Shown here piece by piece: positions 49,940 to 61,991 of a DNA stretch of 64,000 nucleotides. The first letter of the stretch is position 1. Each line of letters starts with the position of its first letter. Source of the DNA: Felis catus. Lineage: Eukaryota. The position numbers were made by a program, and so were the translations under genes. The notes beneath the pieces are model-generated. The model was not told the DNA's origin, searched no databases, and saw nothing but the letters and a program-made list of their open reading frames with translations. The stretch covers positions 65,658,001-65,722,000 of the forward strand of contig NC_058379.1 of the NCBI RefSeq assembly GCF_018350175.1, written 5' to 3'.

Positions 49940-52494
49940 TTTCTGGAAAGCAAAGGCAGTATCCCACTCCATTTTGCACTGCCCCTCTTATTTACCCAGC
50001 AGCGTGCCTTATACACAGTAAATGCACAGCGGAAATCTTTGAGTGAATAACTGAATGAATATAGTTGTTCACATTTATGTTATCTTTCCCAGTAAAGATC
50101 AATGCCTTAGATCAAAAGTCTCTCAATGACTGCTTGTAGAAATTTCAGATATCCTCAGGGCAAGTCCAAAGGGGTGGTACTGGTCACAGTTCTGTTCCCC
50201 TCTTATGCACACTGTGTGTTTTTACATGTAAAAAGTTGTATGAATTATTATGGCAGTTAGTAACTTAAAGGGATTATTTGGCCTCAGAAAACTGATTCGC
50301 ACATGAAATAGCACTTACACATAACATAGCTGAAAGACAGTCCACAGCTACTTGTACAAAAGGCATAAGAGCTGGTATATACTGTGTCCATAGGAGAGAC
50401 TGAAAAATAGATTGATCCCTTGAAAGGTCAGGCTATATGGGAAGGAGGCCATTCTTGACCTGATTTTTCAAGGCAGTGTACAGTCTGGGAATGCTCAGAG
50501 AAGGAAGAGTCCCCAGTCACCTTGTTCATATCTTAAAGAAATCATGAACCTGAAATAAGGCCTTACTTTATCACAGATGGAGAAGAGTTTCACTTCTTAG
50601 CTCTTAACAACAAGAGCTGTTGAATTATTTGAGAGCTCCTTCCTTTCCTTCCCAGCAGCTGGGGCCACTCTGGCATTTCCCTTCAATGCCCCAAGGCCAG
50701 CAGTACCTGGAGTTGATCATTCGTATATATTCAGATACATAACCGCTAACCCTTCATCTCCACCATCCTCCTTTACTCCCCAAGAGATCATGAAAAAGAT
50801 AGGAATTCCACCCATGCTTCTGATTCCACATGCTAGCTAGAAAAGAAGAGTATCTCAGCACTTGCATGGAGAAGAGGTACAGATCACAAATCCTCCACTG
50901 CAATCCATAAATATAGAGGGAGCATAAAGGCCACAGGTGCACATAGGTATATGTTTGTGCGTGATAGGACTGTAAAGCCAAGGGATTCTTCTACCTCCAA
51001 ATGTGGGTTGGCTCCTTCAAAGAAGGCATGCTGATGTGCTAGAAGCATCTCATGGAGTTTTTTTAAATATTGAATAAATAATTAAGACACAAATAAATAT
51101 TCATATATAAAAATATGTGCATATAAATAGACACACAGTAATCTGGCATGGATAAGCACAAGAGTTAACCATTTGAGAGAGAAAACCTTTTGATTTCAAA
51201 TTGTTTTGATAGAAATCTTCTTAAAATATATGACACAAGTGTGAAACTTTGTATAGAGAGGAAGCTGGCCAACCTGAAGCCATTTGCTGGTGATAAAGAT
51301 CATCTTTCCAACCAGTTAATAGGCAGCTATTGAAGCGTATAGCTTGAGTAATGGTACAGAATGTGTGCTAACTTCAGGACAGGCTTGCAACTTGTTTTTC
51401 TGACTAAATTTTGATATTGGTTTGATGCTTTATAAATTTTCTTTTTCACAAATATGGGCTACAGTTTCCATGTTCATGATTTTTGAACCATGAATTTTCT
51501 CCAAAAGTAATGGTCAACCCAGTGGCCAAACTAAGCTTTTCCAAAAAACTGTCTTATTCTTCATTCGTACCATTCCTCATATTGAAGATCTGACCAATTT
51601 TCCAGGATAAAATGCACTGTTCTTGTAGTTACTCTCAGAGTCCCAAATCAACTTCAACCAGCATTCTGTCTTCCTTGGATTAAGCTAACAGGTCAGCATT
51701 GCAAAACTGTGACATTCTAGAGTTCTGCTACAAAATGTTTCTCAAACAGTTACTCAGCTATAGAACTGAAGTTGCTTTATATTTGAGGATATTTTTCTTA
51801 TAGGTGCCAGAGGGTTAGGCAGGTCTTAAGCAAAATAAGAAAACTGATAAAGTTTGGATACCTCACCTAATGGTTCTCTCCTTCTTTCTCTCCTGTTTCC
51901 TGAGCTGAGTGTCCCATGCTCATCCCCATTCCAAAAGATCTATAGATTAGATTTCACACTCTAAGGAGGAAAAATGTTGACCCTGCTTAAAGATCTTTGC
52001 ATTTTGACAGATATCCACACTTTAAGTTAAAACATCTTTGTAGCATGCAAAAGCCCCAAGGGCATTTGGAGAGAATTTGAGAGGAGGAAAAGGGCCTTTC
52101 CATAGGTCCTGGAGCTGCAGAGCATGGGTGGCCCCTTATTCTCCCTACATCCCAGGCTGCAGGATAAGGGTGATGTGAGCACCGGGAGAGAGCTGAGTTC
52201 TGGCGCAGACCCTCGCATGTCCAGATAGTGCTAAAGAGAGACATATATCTGCCCTGCTTCCTGTGTTCTATGTGCCATCCTGTCACTGGGCTTTGTGAGG
52301 CAAGCCCTGAACAACCTCAGGCAGTACCTCATCTCTGCCTCGTTAGCTTGTGGGGCTCTGAGAATGGGAGAGTCAGGATGGAGTAAGTAGTTTTGCAGTC
52401 CACTAAGCTTCACAGTGGGAATGGCTGTCCACCTTGTGTCCATTGTGCTATCTGCCCCACACCCTCATCAGCGAATTCATTCATTATGAAAAAA

Positions 52495-52693
52495 TTTTTT
52501 AATGTTTATTTTTGAGAGAGAGACAGACAGAGCATGAGTGAGGGAGGGGCAGAGAGAGAGGGAGACACAATCTGAAACAGGCTCCAGGCTCTAAGCTGTC
52601 ACCACACAGCCCGACGCGGGGCTTGAACGATCCACAATATCATGACCTGAGCTGAAGAAGAGTGCTTAACCGACTGAGCCACCCAGGTGCCCC
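52495..52693 (-). mobile_element. CanSINE (left member of inverted pair)
   Basis: SINE body on the minus strand, ending gagccacccaggtgcccc. Confidence 0.95.
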
Positions 52694-52726
52694 ATTGTAT
52701 TCATTCATTATTAAACAAACATTCCT

Positions 52727-52922
52727 GGGGTGCCTGGGTGGCTCAGTCGGTTAGATGTCATGATCTCACAGTCCGTGGGTTCCAGCCCCGTGTTGGGCTC
52801 TGTGCTGACAGCTCAGAGCCTGGAGTCTGCTTCGGATTCTGTGTCTCCCTCTCTCTCTGCCCCTCCCATGCTCATGCTCTCTCTCTGTCTCTCAATAGTA
52901 AATCAACGTTAAAAAAATTTTT
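52727..52922 (+). mobile_element. CanSINE (right member of inverted pair), small internal deletion
   Basis: ggggtgcctgggtggctcagtcggtt head; TSD ttaaacaaacattcc (52711-52725) / ttaaacaaatgttcc (52923-52937). Confidence 0.95.
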
Positions 52923-53129
52923 TTAAACAAATGTTCCCTTTATACCTACTAAACACAAGGCACTTAGTGAACAAAGAAAACCCTACCCTAAAGGAGCCTA
53001 CATTTTATTATCCAAGACAGGTAATTTTAAAAGGTGCACAAATAAAATAGGGTATATAGAGAATGGGAAGGGAGTTAGGAGGTGAGTGTGAATAGGGATG
53101 TGATTTTGGCTGGGCTAGTCAGTGGGGAA

Positions 53130-53350
53130 AATGATAATAATTGCCACCTGTCACGAATGGCCAATGGGGCCAGGCACTGAGCTGAGGACCTTCCATAATG
53201 TTCACTGAATGCTCACGATAACCAGGGGGAGGCAGTCAGTATTGCTGTGCCCATTTTGCAGATAAGGTAGGCACCATTCAGAGTGTAAATACATTGTCCT
53301 GGACACACAGAAAGAAGTGAAAGCAGGTTCCAAATCCCCAAATCTTCACT
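53130..53350 (-). mobile_element. MIR
   Basis: gccaggcactgagctgag...cccattttgcagataagg. Confidence 0.75.
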
Positions 53351-54769
53351 GTGCTTAACCACAATAAGCACAGCCACCCAAGGCCATTTGGCCCCTTCAG
53401 GACACACTGTCACCAGCAACCTCTTCCTCTCCACACACACATGCTTTTCATCTATAATATGCTGGTTTTTCACTTTGTATCTAAGACTTTAATTTTGTTT
53501 GATGCGTATGCATTCTCACTGCTAAATGTTTAGGGAGGAGATTGAAAAAACACAGATGACTGGCCCCAGGTATTACTGGGGCCAATGAAAGCACCGTTTC
53601 TTCACAGCACAGCATGGTAATCAGTGTGCATAGTGTTGACCTGGAGTTCACCATAAAATGTCAGAATACATTTAATCGCTCTGCTTAAAATGGGCCAGAG
53701 TAGAATAACAAATTTTTAGAAGATCTTCTACTAAAATGGCTATTGTATACACTATTTGCTTTAACTGGCACATAACATGCTTACATAAAAAAATTCCCTT
53801 ATCTAAAATACTGAAATAAGGTATCATTTTGTGTGACAGTAGACTTTGTATCTGAACCTTTGAACATATGTATATGCAAATATGTATGTGTATAATTTTT
53901 CTATCTCACTTTGTAATAAAAATGTGTAGACAATTAGAAGGTTCAGTATTTAAAATGTTGGGATTAAACTTATTTTCTTTTTAAGAGCACATTTGCTTTC
54001 TAATAATGTGAACCAACTTATTTTCTTTGCAAGAAAGCAGTAAATTCTTGGTGAAGATAGAGCATGAAAGATTTTTCTTCATTGTCTCCACTAGCATTCT
54101 TGCTACAAAAAAACCCCACTTTGACTGGAAAGCCTCTCCTCTCTCAATGTTTCCCCTTGTACCTATGTGATAGTATCAGTTAGTATCAGTTTTATAAGTT
54201 GATACATTTTAGATCAATTTTGTATGCATATGATCTTAACCTATTTTTGAAATAACTCAAAAGGGTCCAGGAAGACCCAGACTCCTGAAAATGCCTTGCT
54301 CCCTTCTGCCAACCCATGCCTAAAATTTTGCTGGTATTTGAGTCACTCCCTTAATTAAAACCTTGTCCTCTGCTGCAAAAATTTATAAAATGTATGCACT
54401 CCTGGGAGACATGGCACATCGCTTGCTGCTTTAACAGGGAAGCACGCATCAGTTCATCTTTTTCTACAGAAAAGGTTGTGACAATAGTTTGTCCCTGTGC
54501 ATCATGGAAAGCCAAGGTCTGAAACAAGACAATACTCAGAAGCTTTTGAAGGTTGGATAGCCCACGAGGGTGGGGGGGATCTTGAAGCCCTCGAGAGTCA
54601 CTAGGAGTAGACCTGGTTCATCCACTCTGACTTCACCTTCTCCAGGTTGACTGAGGGAACATAAGGCTGACTCTCTTCCCCACCCTTTCTGGCATTACTC
54701 TGGCCTGATTTGCAGGCTGGATGGACAACACTACCATTTTTCTGCCAGTTCTCCATACCAGAGCAGCAG

Positions 54770-54960
54770 CCAGTACTCACTGAGTTCTTGCTCTAGACCG
54801 TGTACCTTATAAGCATTATAATCCTGCTGAATTCTGACCCCAAAGCTCTCTGTGGTATCATAATCCCTATTTTACAGAAGAGAAAATGGGACCCAAGTTC
54901 TCACTATTAGTAAGTGACAGAGGTGGGATCCACTCTCAAGTCTAAAAGGCTCCAGGCTCT
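54770..54960 (-). mobile_element. MIR
   Basis: atccctattttacagaagagaaaatggg...tagtaagtgacagaggtgggat. Confidence 0.7.
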
Positions 54961-55002
54961 TAGCCCATCCTTAACCCTGTACCTCAGATGGTCTTACTTA
55001 AA

Positions 55003-55032
55003 TTTTTTCTTATTGTTTGTTTATTTGTTTAT

Positions 55033-55067
<35 letters not shown>

Positions 55068-55229
55068 AAGCAGGGGAGGGGCAGAGAGAGAGGGAGACAG
55101 AATCCCAAGCAGACTCTGCACCTTCAGCATGGAGCCAGATGCAGGGCTCCAACCCTCAAACCATGAGATCATGACCTGAGCTGAAATCAAGAGTCTGGCA
55201 CTTAACCGACTGAGCCACCCAGGGGCCCC
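55003..55229 (-). mobile_element. CanSINE with long (GA)n tract
   Basis: SINE body on the minus strand; TSD ctcagatggtctta / ctcagatgatctta. Confidence 0.95.
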
Positions 55230-55704
55230 TCTCAGATGATCTTAATTCATTCAAGTCTGCCTACTTAAGGCAAGTCAGCCTTTTATCATTTGCCTTGTTA
55301 ATGAAACCAGAAATATTATGCACATGAAATGCTTTGCTGTGCTGCAATGATACTTTCATTGCTCAAAGTATTATACGAGGACAAATGACATTGAATTGAA
55401 AATTTCTGTGCCTACTTCTTCTCATTGTTCTGTTGCATACCAGGCTGTCAGGAGTCACTTTCCGCTGATGTAAGTTGCTACTTTACTTTACTTGACTTCA
55501 TATAATTTCTTAAGATATTGGAAGTAAAAGAATCATGCTCTTAGAATGGTGTATAAATTGAAAGTTAAGAGACACTGAATCAAGTCCTCAGGCTTCGCCA
55601 TAAATATATGTGAGGTTTGTAGTATCCTCTTCAACTCACAGTGTTTTAGTTATTTTAAATTTAGAATCACGAACTATCAAAGTAGAAATTACTTTTAAAA
55701 TATT

Positions 55705-55875
55705 ATCTATTTTTTTTATATTGGTCATCTTAGCAGTTGTGAAGTCCTATCTCATTTTGGTTTTCGTTTGCATTTCCCGAATGTTTACTGATGTTAAGCA
55801 TCTTTTCATACACCTGATGGTCATTCTAGATCTTTTATGGAGAAATGGCTATTTAAGTCCTTTGCCCATTTTCCT
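55705..55875 (-). mobile_element. Old L1 ORF2 fragment
   Basis: tatctcattttggttttcgtttgcatttcc...gatgttaagcatcttttcata...ggagaaatggctatttaagtcctttgcccatttt. Confidence 0.8.
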
Positions 55876-55929
55876 CATCCGGATACTGTACCACTAGTTG
55901 AAAGGCCTCAGGGAACATGAGATGTTTGG

Positions 55930-56700
55930 CAACTATATCCCAGAACTAGAGCATGAAGCATTTCTGGCCAAATAAGTCATTCTTAATCTTTTCTCATTTA
56001 ACTTCTGGCAAGTCATTTCATCTACATTCCAGTTGTGCAGTTTTGTTTTGTTTTGTTTTTTACCTGAGGTTAGCCTTGCATATTTTTTATTAAAATTTAT
56101 GTTGTTTGTTCTGCATCTATCTCTATAGAGAACTTTTTGACATCTTAGTAGCTGGCCCTCCCAGATCCACATGATTGTATAATTGTTCCTTCTATGACTT
56201 CATATAAAATAAAACTGCTGATCATGTCAAGGGAAGAGTCCTGTGGAACTCTACTAGAGACGTTTCTCCATCTTTATAGTGGTTCATTAACCTATACCTG
56301 AAAGGGCAGGCCTACGCCAGCCGACTCCATCTTGTTCTGTGTCCTTCACCTTGACCACACCTCCTCCCCTTGAGTAAACCCTCCCTCACCTGCCTAACAG
56401 GACTCGGACCCTTCCCCAGGACCCTTCCCCAGCCAATCGGCTGAGGCCATAGCCATTACCTCACCAACTGCCCCCAGGCCCCAATAAAACCTTTGTCCTT
56501 TTGAAACTCGCTCTCTTTCCCTGGTATCTCACCGCTGCGTCGGTGCAGGTAGGGGATTGAGCTCGAGCTAGCTCGAATAAAGGCTCTTTGCTTTTGCATC
56601 GGACTCGGCTCCCTAGTGGTCTTTGGGGATCACGATTTCTGGGCATAACATACCCTTAAGGTCAGTTATTTACTCAGATACATGTTCATTCAACAAACTG
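55930..56700 (-). mobile_element. L3 (CR1-type) fragment interrupted by the young LTR
   Basis: gagtcctgtggaactctactagagacg...ttcattaa resembles the antisense of the CR1 RT 'SGVPQGS' region. Confidence 0.55.
56299..56650 (+). mobile_element. Young class I (gammaretrovirus-like, ERV1) solo LTR, 352 bp
   Basis: TG...CA termini; perfect 4-bp TSD TACC (56295-56298, 56651-56654); CCAAT 56433-56437; AATAAAA at about 56483; AATAAA 56576-56581 followed by ggctctttgcttttgcatc; many intact CpGs. Confidence 0.92.
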
Positions 56701-56784
56701 TGAGAATTCCTCCTGTTTTATTTTACTTTCTATTATTCATTTTATTTTGTTATCATTTTTATTATTGAAGTTAGTTAGTGGGGC

Positions 56785-57035
56785 AGTGGCGTAGGAAGGT
56801 AAAGAATACAGCTCAGGAGTTGACCTGCCTAGTTTGAATCCAGGCTCTATCACTTACTACCTTGCACAAATTAATGAATCCCTCTGAGCCATAGTTATCA
56901 CAATTGTAAATTAGAGATAACCATAGGACTTACCTCTTTAAAGAAATATTTACAGAATTGAATAAATTAATCTATGTAAAGATAAAATACTTACTCCAGT
57001 GCCTGTTCCATGTAGACCCTCAAGAATTAGCAGTA
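56785..57035 (+). mobile_element. MIR
   Basis: gtttgaatccaggctctatcacttacta...cagtgcctg. Confidence 0.75.
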
Positions 57036-57124
57036 ATGATGATTATGATGATAATGATACAAATATATCACCTGCCAGTTGATATTACTTGTGACGTGAA
57101 TCCTCGTGGGGGATTTAGGAAGTA

Positions 57125-57335
57125 GCATTCACTGAGGACCTACTATGTCCCAGGAGCTTACATATATAATTTCTGTTAATTTTCACACACAAAAATAAGT
57201 AGATATTCTATGTACAGAATTCATTTTACATATAGGAAAACTGAGGCTCATAGAGATTAAGTGAATAAGGCAAGGCCCATGGAGTTTTAAGATAACACAC
57301 CAGGATTCTAAAGGAATTCTTCAGAGTCCAAAGCC
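57125..57335 (-). mobile_element. MIR
   Basis: cattttacatataggaaaactgaggctcatagagattaagtga. Confidence 0.8.
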
Positions 57336-57557
57336 CTCCCCATCAACCTTTCTTCTTCCGATTTCTTTGCATTGAGTGTATGGCTGACATCAAGGCTGGA
57401 TGTTTACTTTTGACCAACATCAGATAATGAAGGCCAAGGTTCTTGAGGGAAAGCAAATGACCATGCCACTTCCAAGCTGTCTTGAGCATCAGGCCAGATT
57501 CTTATCATGAAGCAGCAGGGATTGGGTGGGCAGACATTACTATAAAACAATAGTGTG

Positions 57558-58070
57558 CTCAAAAGAAGTGAAAGCAGGAACTTGAACAAATATTTCTGTA
57601 CCAGTGTTCGTAGCAGTATTATTTACCAAAAGCTGGAAGCAACCCAGATGTTTGTTGATGGATGATCAGATAAACAAAATGTTTTCTATATATATTGTGG
57701 AATATTATTCAGCCTTAAAAAGGAATGAAATTCTGACACGTGTTATAACATGGACAAACCTGAAGACATTATGCTATGTGAACTAAGCCAGACACAAAAG
57801 GACAAAGACTGTACAGCTCCACTTACAGGAATTTATAGGAGTAGTCGAACTTACTAAAACAGAAAGCAGAATGGCGGTTGACAGGGGCTGAGTGGAGCAG
57901 GGAGTGGGGAGCTGTTGTTGAGTGGGGACAGAGTTTCAGTTGAGGTTAATGAAGTTCTGGAGATGGACAGATGGTACAACAATGTGTGCATACTTAATGC
58001 CACAGAGCTACACATTCTAAAATGGTTAAATTCTGTGTTATGTATATTTTACCACAATAAAAAGTATATT
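57558..58070 (+). mobile_element. L1MB-type 3' end
   Basis: ggaatattattcagccttaaaaaggaatgaaattctgacac...aagccagacacaaaaggacaaa...tgtatattttaccacaataaaa. Confidence 0.9.
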
Positions 58071-58109
58071 TAAAGAGCCAAAAAATAGCGTAGATGCTCA
58101 CTTATTAGA

Positions 58110-58290
58110 CTAAGTTCCATCTCATTCGATCCTCATAATAATTTCAAGAAGTAGGTCTTATTAATGCTCTAAATTTTGACATGAGAACCCTGAGGTCGAA
58201 AGAGGTCCAGAAACCTACCTCTGTTCACACAGCCAGTAAGGGCTGGAGTCAGGATTTGAACCCAGCCTGGCTTCTGAGTTTATGCTCTTG
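58110..58290 (-). mobile_element. MIR
   Basis: cacacagccagtaagggctggagtcaggatttgaacccag. Confidence 0.75.
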
Positions 58291-59134
58291 CCCCCTGTGC
58301 TAAAATTGGCAAAGCAAACTAGAGCTCCAGAGTCCAAGGAGAACCTTCGGCTTTAAGCAGTAGAGGCAATGCCAGAGCCGGGGTGAGGTCCCCTGTGGGG
58401 GATCTGCTGCCCAAGTTGTGAGCACCTGAACCAGAAGAGGAGGAGCTGGCCGACCCACAGGCTTTGAAGCCTTCACACTTCTCTGAGTGGTGGAGTTTAG
58501 AGTTTATCTCCAGTTCTGAACACCTTCCCAGAGCCTCATAAATATCCCAGACGTGGGAGACCCAGCTGAGGTCCATCGTCAAGAAGTCCATGTGGGTGAA
58601 ATGCCACTTCCTTGGCTTCTGTTGTTTTTTTGGCACTAAAGAACTTGGGAGGTTCCCTGCTGGTGGCTGATTTTTGTTTTTTATTTTCCTTTCATTATTC
58701 TGTTTGATAGGGCTGTAGGGGAGGAGAAGAATATATATTATGATGGAACTTCTTTTTCCATTTGCATCTATTTTTTTCTACTTTTTCAGATTTTTCTTCT
58801 ATTTGCTGCCACCCACACACTCCCAACCACACAGGAAGACAACTGGTGAGCTTACATTTAGAGTTAAAAGGGGTCTGATTATGCTACTACTCCTGCAGAG
58901 GAATTTGCAAATGCGAAGAGTAAGAGCCAAGGGGCAAAGCCACCCAGTCAACATCCTCTCCATTCTTTTCTTCCTCCTCATACTCACCAATCAGCTGTGG
59001 CCCCAAAGGTCCTACAGACCTGAGGCAGTCGACTGTCTTGTCTCCATTCATGGCCGCATCACAGTCAATTGCAATTTATGCTGCAAGAAGCTTGTCACCT
59101 AGCAGTATTTGAAGTATGGAAGTTTAGGGTAAAT

Positions 59135-60165
59135 TTTTTTAATGTCATATTATTTGAAACAAACTCACCAAAAATGTTGCGAGAATAGTACAAGGAGGTT
59201 TTATATACTCTTCATCCAGAGATGCCAATCAGGCTACACATCAAGCCAATCATGCCAGTCAAGCTCCGATGATGTCCTTTATGGCAAAAGAATGCTGAGT
59301 TGCACCCAGTAGTCACATCTCTCTAGCTTCCCTCCATCTGGAACAGTCTTTTAGTTTGTTCTCAAGTGTCATGCTCTTTACCTTTTTGAACATTACAAGG
59401 CAGTCGTTTTGTGGAATGTCCCTTAACTGGGGTTGGTTGCATCCTTCCTCATGATTTGACCCATGTTACACATTCTGGGCAGGAAACCACAGGATCAATG
59501 CTGTTCTGCATGTTGGCACCCCTCAGGTGGCATGCAGTGTCAGTTTGTCCCAGTCGTGTTGGTACTGTAGTAACCTAATTAAGATGGCATGTTCCAGGTT
59601 TCCCCACTATGAAATTATTTTTCCCTTTTGTACTTAATAAATATTTTTTGTGTAGATATTTTGAGGTAATGTAACGATCTCTTTCATGGTCCCATTTCAT
59701 CCGCTATTTTTAGCCTCCTCTGTTGTTTCTTTCTTGCCTGTTACTGTGATTGACAAAAGGTGATTTCCTAATTCCTTCATTCCTTCTACATTTATTAGTT
59801 GGCATTCTCCTGTAACAAAGAGCTTTAATTTCACCCCATGCTTGTATTCATTTATGTATATCAACATTGACTCATGGATTTCTACTTCATTCAATGGGTC
59901 ATAATGATTCCTGTCATTGTTTGTTTTGACATTCAGCTTTGTCCTAGATTTGGCCAACAGGAGTTCTTTCAATCTGGCTCCTGAGTCCTTTTCATCTAGT
60001 TATGTCATTCGTTGAGCCCTTCATTGAATTATACTTTCCCTGCCACAGCCCTGGAGTCAGCCATTCCTCCAAGGATGCCTGGTTCTTTTTAGTGGATGAT
60101 GGCAGCTGGAAACTGAGATCTGGGTGCTGGATGTGCTCAAACCGACTAGGGTGTTGCTGCTTTGA
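59135..60165 (-). mobile_element. Old L1 (L1MC-like) 3'UTR
   Basis: gttttgtggaatgtccct, tccttctacatttattagttggcattct, gactcatggatt and ccctggagtcagccattcctccaagga. Confidence 0.8.
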
Positions 60166-60399
60166 AGACTTCTCAATGGCAAGACTCACTCCCTGCCTCC
60201 TACACATCTTTACTCAAATTTCATCTTCGTGGGCCTTCCCTTCTACCCTATATAAAATGGCGACCTCTGACACCAGACCTAGCCGTAGTTTATCCATCAT
60301 TCTTGCTTTAGTTTTTCCCAATCACTTATTATTATATAATATCATAAGTATTTTAATGTATTTACTTTATTAACCCACCCACCCCTTCAAAAATACTGG

Positions 60400-60915
60400 C
60401 TTAATGAAGGTAAGCACAATGCTAGGTGACCAAAACAAATGAAAATCCTTGTCCTCATTAAAGAAAGTGAACAATGTGTAGGAGTTACCTAGGGGAAAAA
60501 AAGTCAAGGGCAGAGAAGCCAGATGAGCCCACACCAGGCCAGCCTGTGTAGTTCAGCAAAAGGACTTGGTACATTTCCATATAAGTGCCACAGGAAGTCC
60601 CTACAGGGTTTTAAATTACAGGAGTGACCTAATCTGCCTTATATTTTTCAAAGATCACACTGGTTGTTTAATGGAGAAATAATTATATAGGGGCAAGACT
60701 TTTAGGAGAGATAGGTGTATGCAGGTTGTTGCAGTGGTCCAAGAGAGAGATGTTTGCCTAGGGTGGTGGCAGTAGACATAACAGTAGAAGACTTAGGGGA
60801 TATTTTGGAGACAGACTCCCTAAGGCCACTGGTGATAGATTAGATGTGATGGGTGAGGAAGAAGGAAGTATCAGTAATGATCCCCAAGGTATAGTTTCAA
60901 GAAGAGGGAATTGAA
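60400..60915 (-). mobile_element. L2 fragment
   Basis: ggttgttgcagtggtccaagagagagatg...ggatattttggag...ggtgatagattagatgtg. Confidence 0.7.
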
Positions 60916-61991
60916 TCTGGGCCTCTCTAGCTTCAAAGCCTGTCATCATAACTGCCTTGACATCCCTAGATGTATATAAGAGAATAAGGTTTAGCAGGTG
61001 AATATTTGGATCAAGAGTTGCTTTAAAAAATCTGTCCATACATCCTTACCTACCAGGGAGCCAAACCCCCCTCTAGTCAAAGAAGTGATGATCTAGGCCC
61101 TCAACACCTATGACAGAGGCCTACAGTCCCTTTGGAGGTCTTAGCAGAGACCCAGGGGCTGGCAAAGGAACCCCCATGAAACCCCAAGAATGAGGAATCA
61201 CATTCTAGCTTTCTTACCTAACACCCCTCCTTTCCTTTCTTCCCATAAAAATGTTTCTNNNNNNNNNNNNNNNNNNNNNNNNNNNNNNNNNNNNNNNNNN
61301 NNNNNNNNNNNNNNNNNNNNNNNNNNNNNNNNNNNNNNNNNNNNNNNNNNNNNNNNNNNNNNNNNNNNNNNNNNNNNNNNNNNNNNNNNNNNNNNNNNNN
61401 NNNNNNNNNNNNNNNNNNNNNNNNNNNNNNTACATCTTTAATTTTCACACATTTTTATTGTTTGCCTGAAATTAATTGTCCATTTCTTTCCCCAATCAGG
61501 TTTATTGCAAGTGGGCCACTTCTAGATTGTTATACCATTGGTATGTTTAGCTGGTGAATGTCCCAGTAGATCTTGTCAATATTGAAATATCTATCTAGGA
61601 GGCCAGGAGGAAAAGAATAATAAAATCATTGTCCCTTGGTTGTCTAAGGGTATCATTAGAATTCAGCCACTCCCCCCAACCTGCCCCTGCCCAACATCCT
61701 CATTTGACAAACAAGGAATCTGAATCCTTGAGAGGAGCTTGCAGACTATTTGGTGGCTGTCCTGAGACCAGAACCCAGACCTCTTGCATAAATCTAGAAC
61801 AGTGGAGATGTAACAGGATTGAACTAATCTCAAGTAGAATTTAATTTCCTGTCATAGGTGTGAGCCATTGATAGGATGGCATCTGGGGCTTCACCACCCC
61901 TGCATACACTTTTAGGATGGATCTTCCTTCAGCTTCTAACTTCTAAAAAATTCTTGTTATGAATAAGACACTTCAGTATTCCTTAACAGGT

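Larger units (their letters stand above)
1260..61430. other. Eleven N blocks (span given; 1,941 bp in total)
   Basis: 1260-1403, 1906-2116, 14348-14480, 24999-25293, 29843-30012, 30257-30398, 30487-30652, 34159-34330, 34576-34731, 37894-38073, 61259-61430. Confidence 0.98.

Noticed and set aside
28101-54190. Short tandem duplications (acttcaataa x2 at 28101; cactgcccagcac x2 at 37741; tagtatcagt x2 at 54171)
   Set aside because: Ordinary slippage events with no further structure
56785-57335. Tail-to-tail MIR pair as a dsRNA source
   Set aside because: The copies look too diverged for long stable pairing
58985-59100. Minus-strand exon ending in TTG|gtgagt
   Set aside because: Poor acceptor and stops in all three frames
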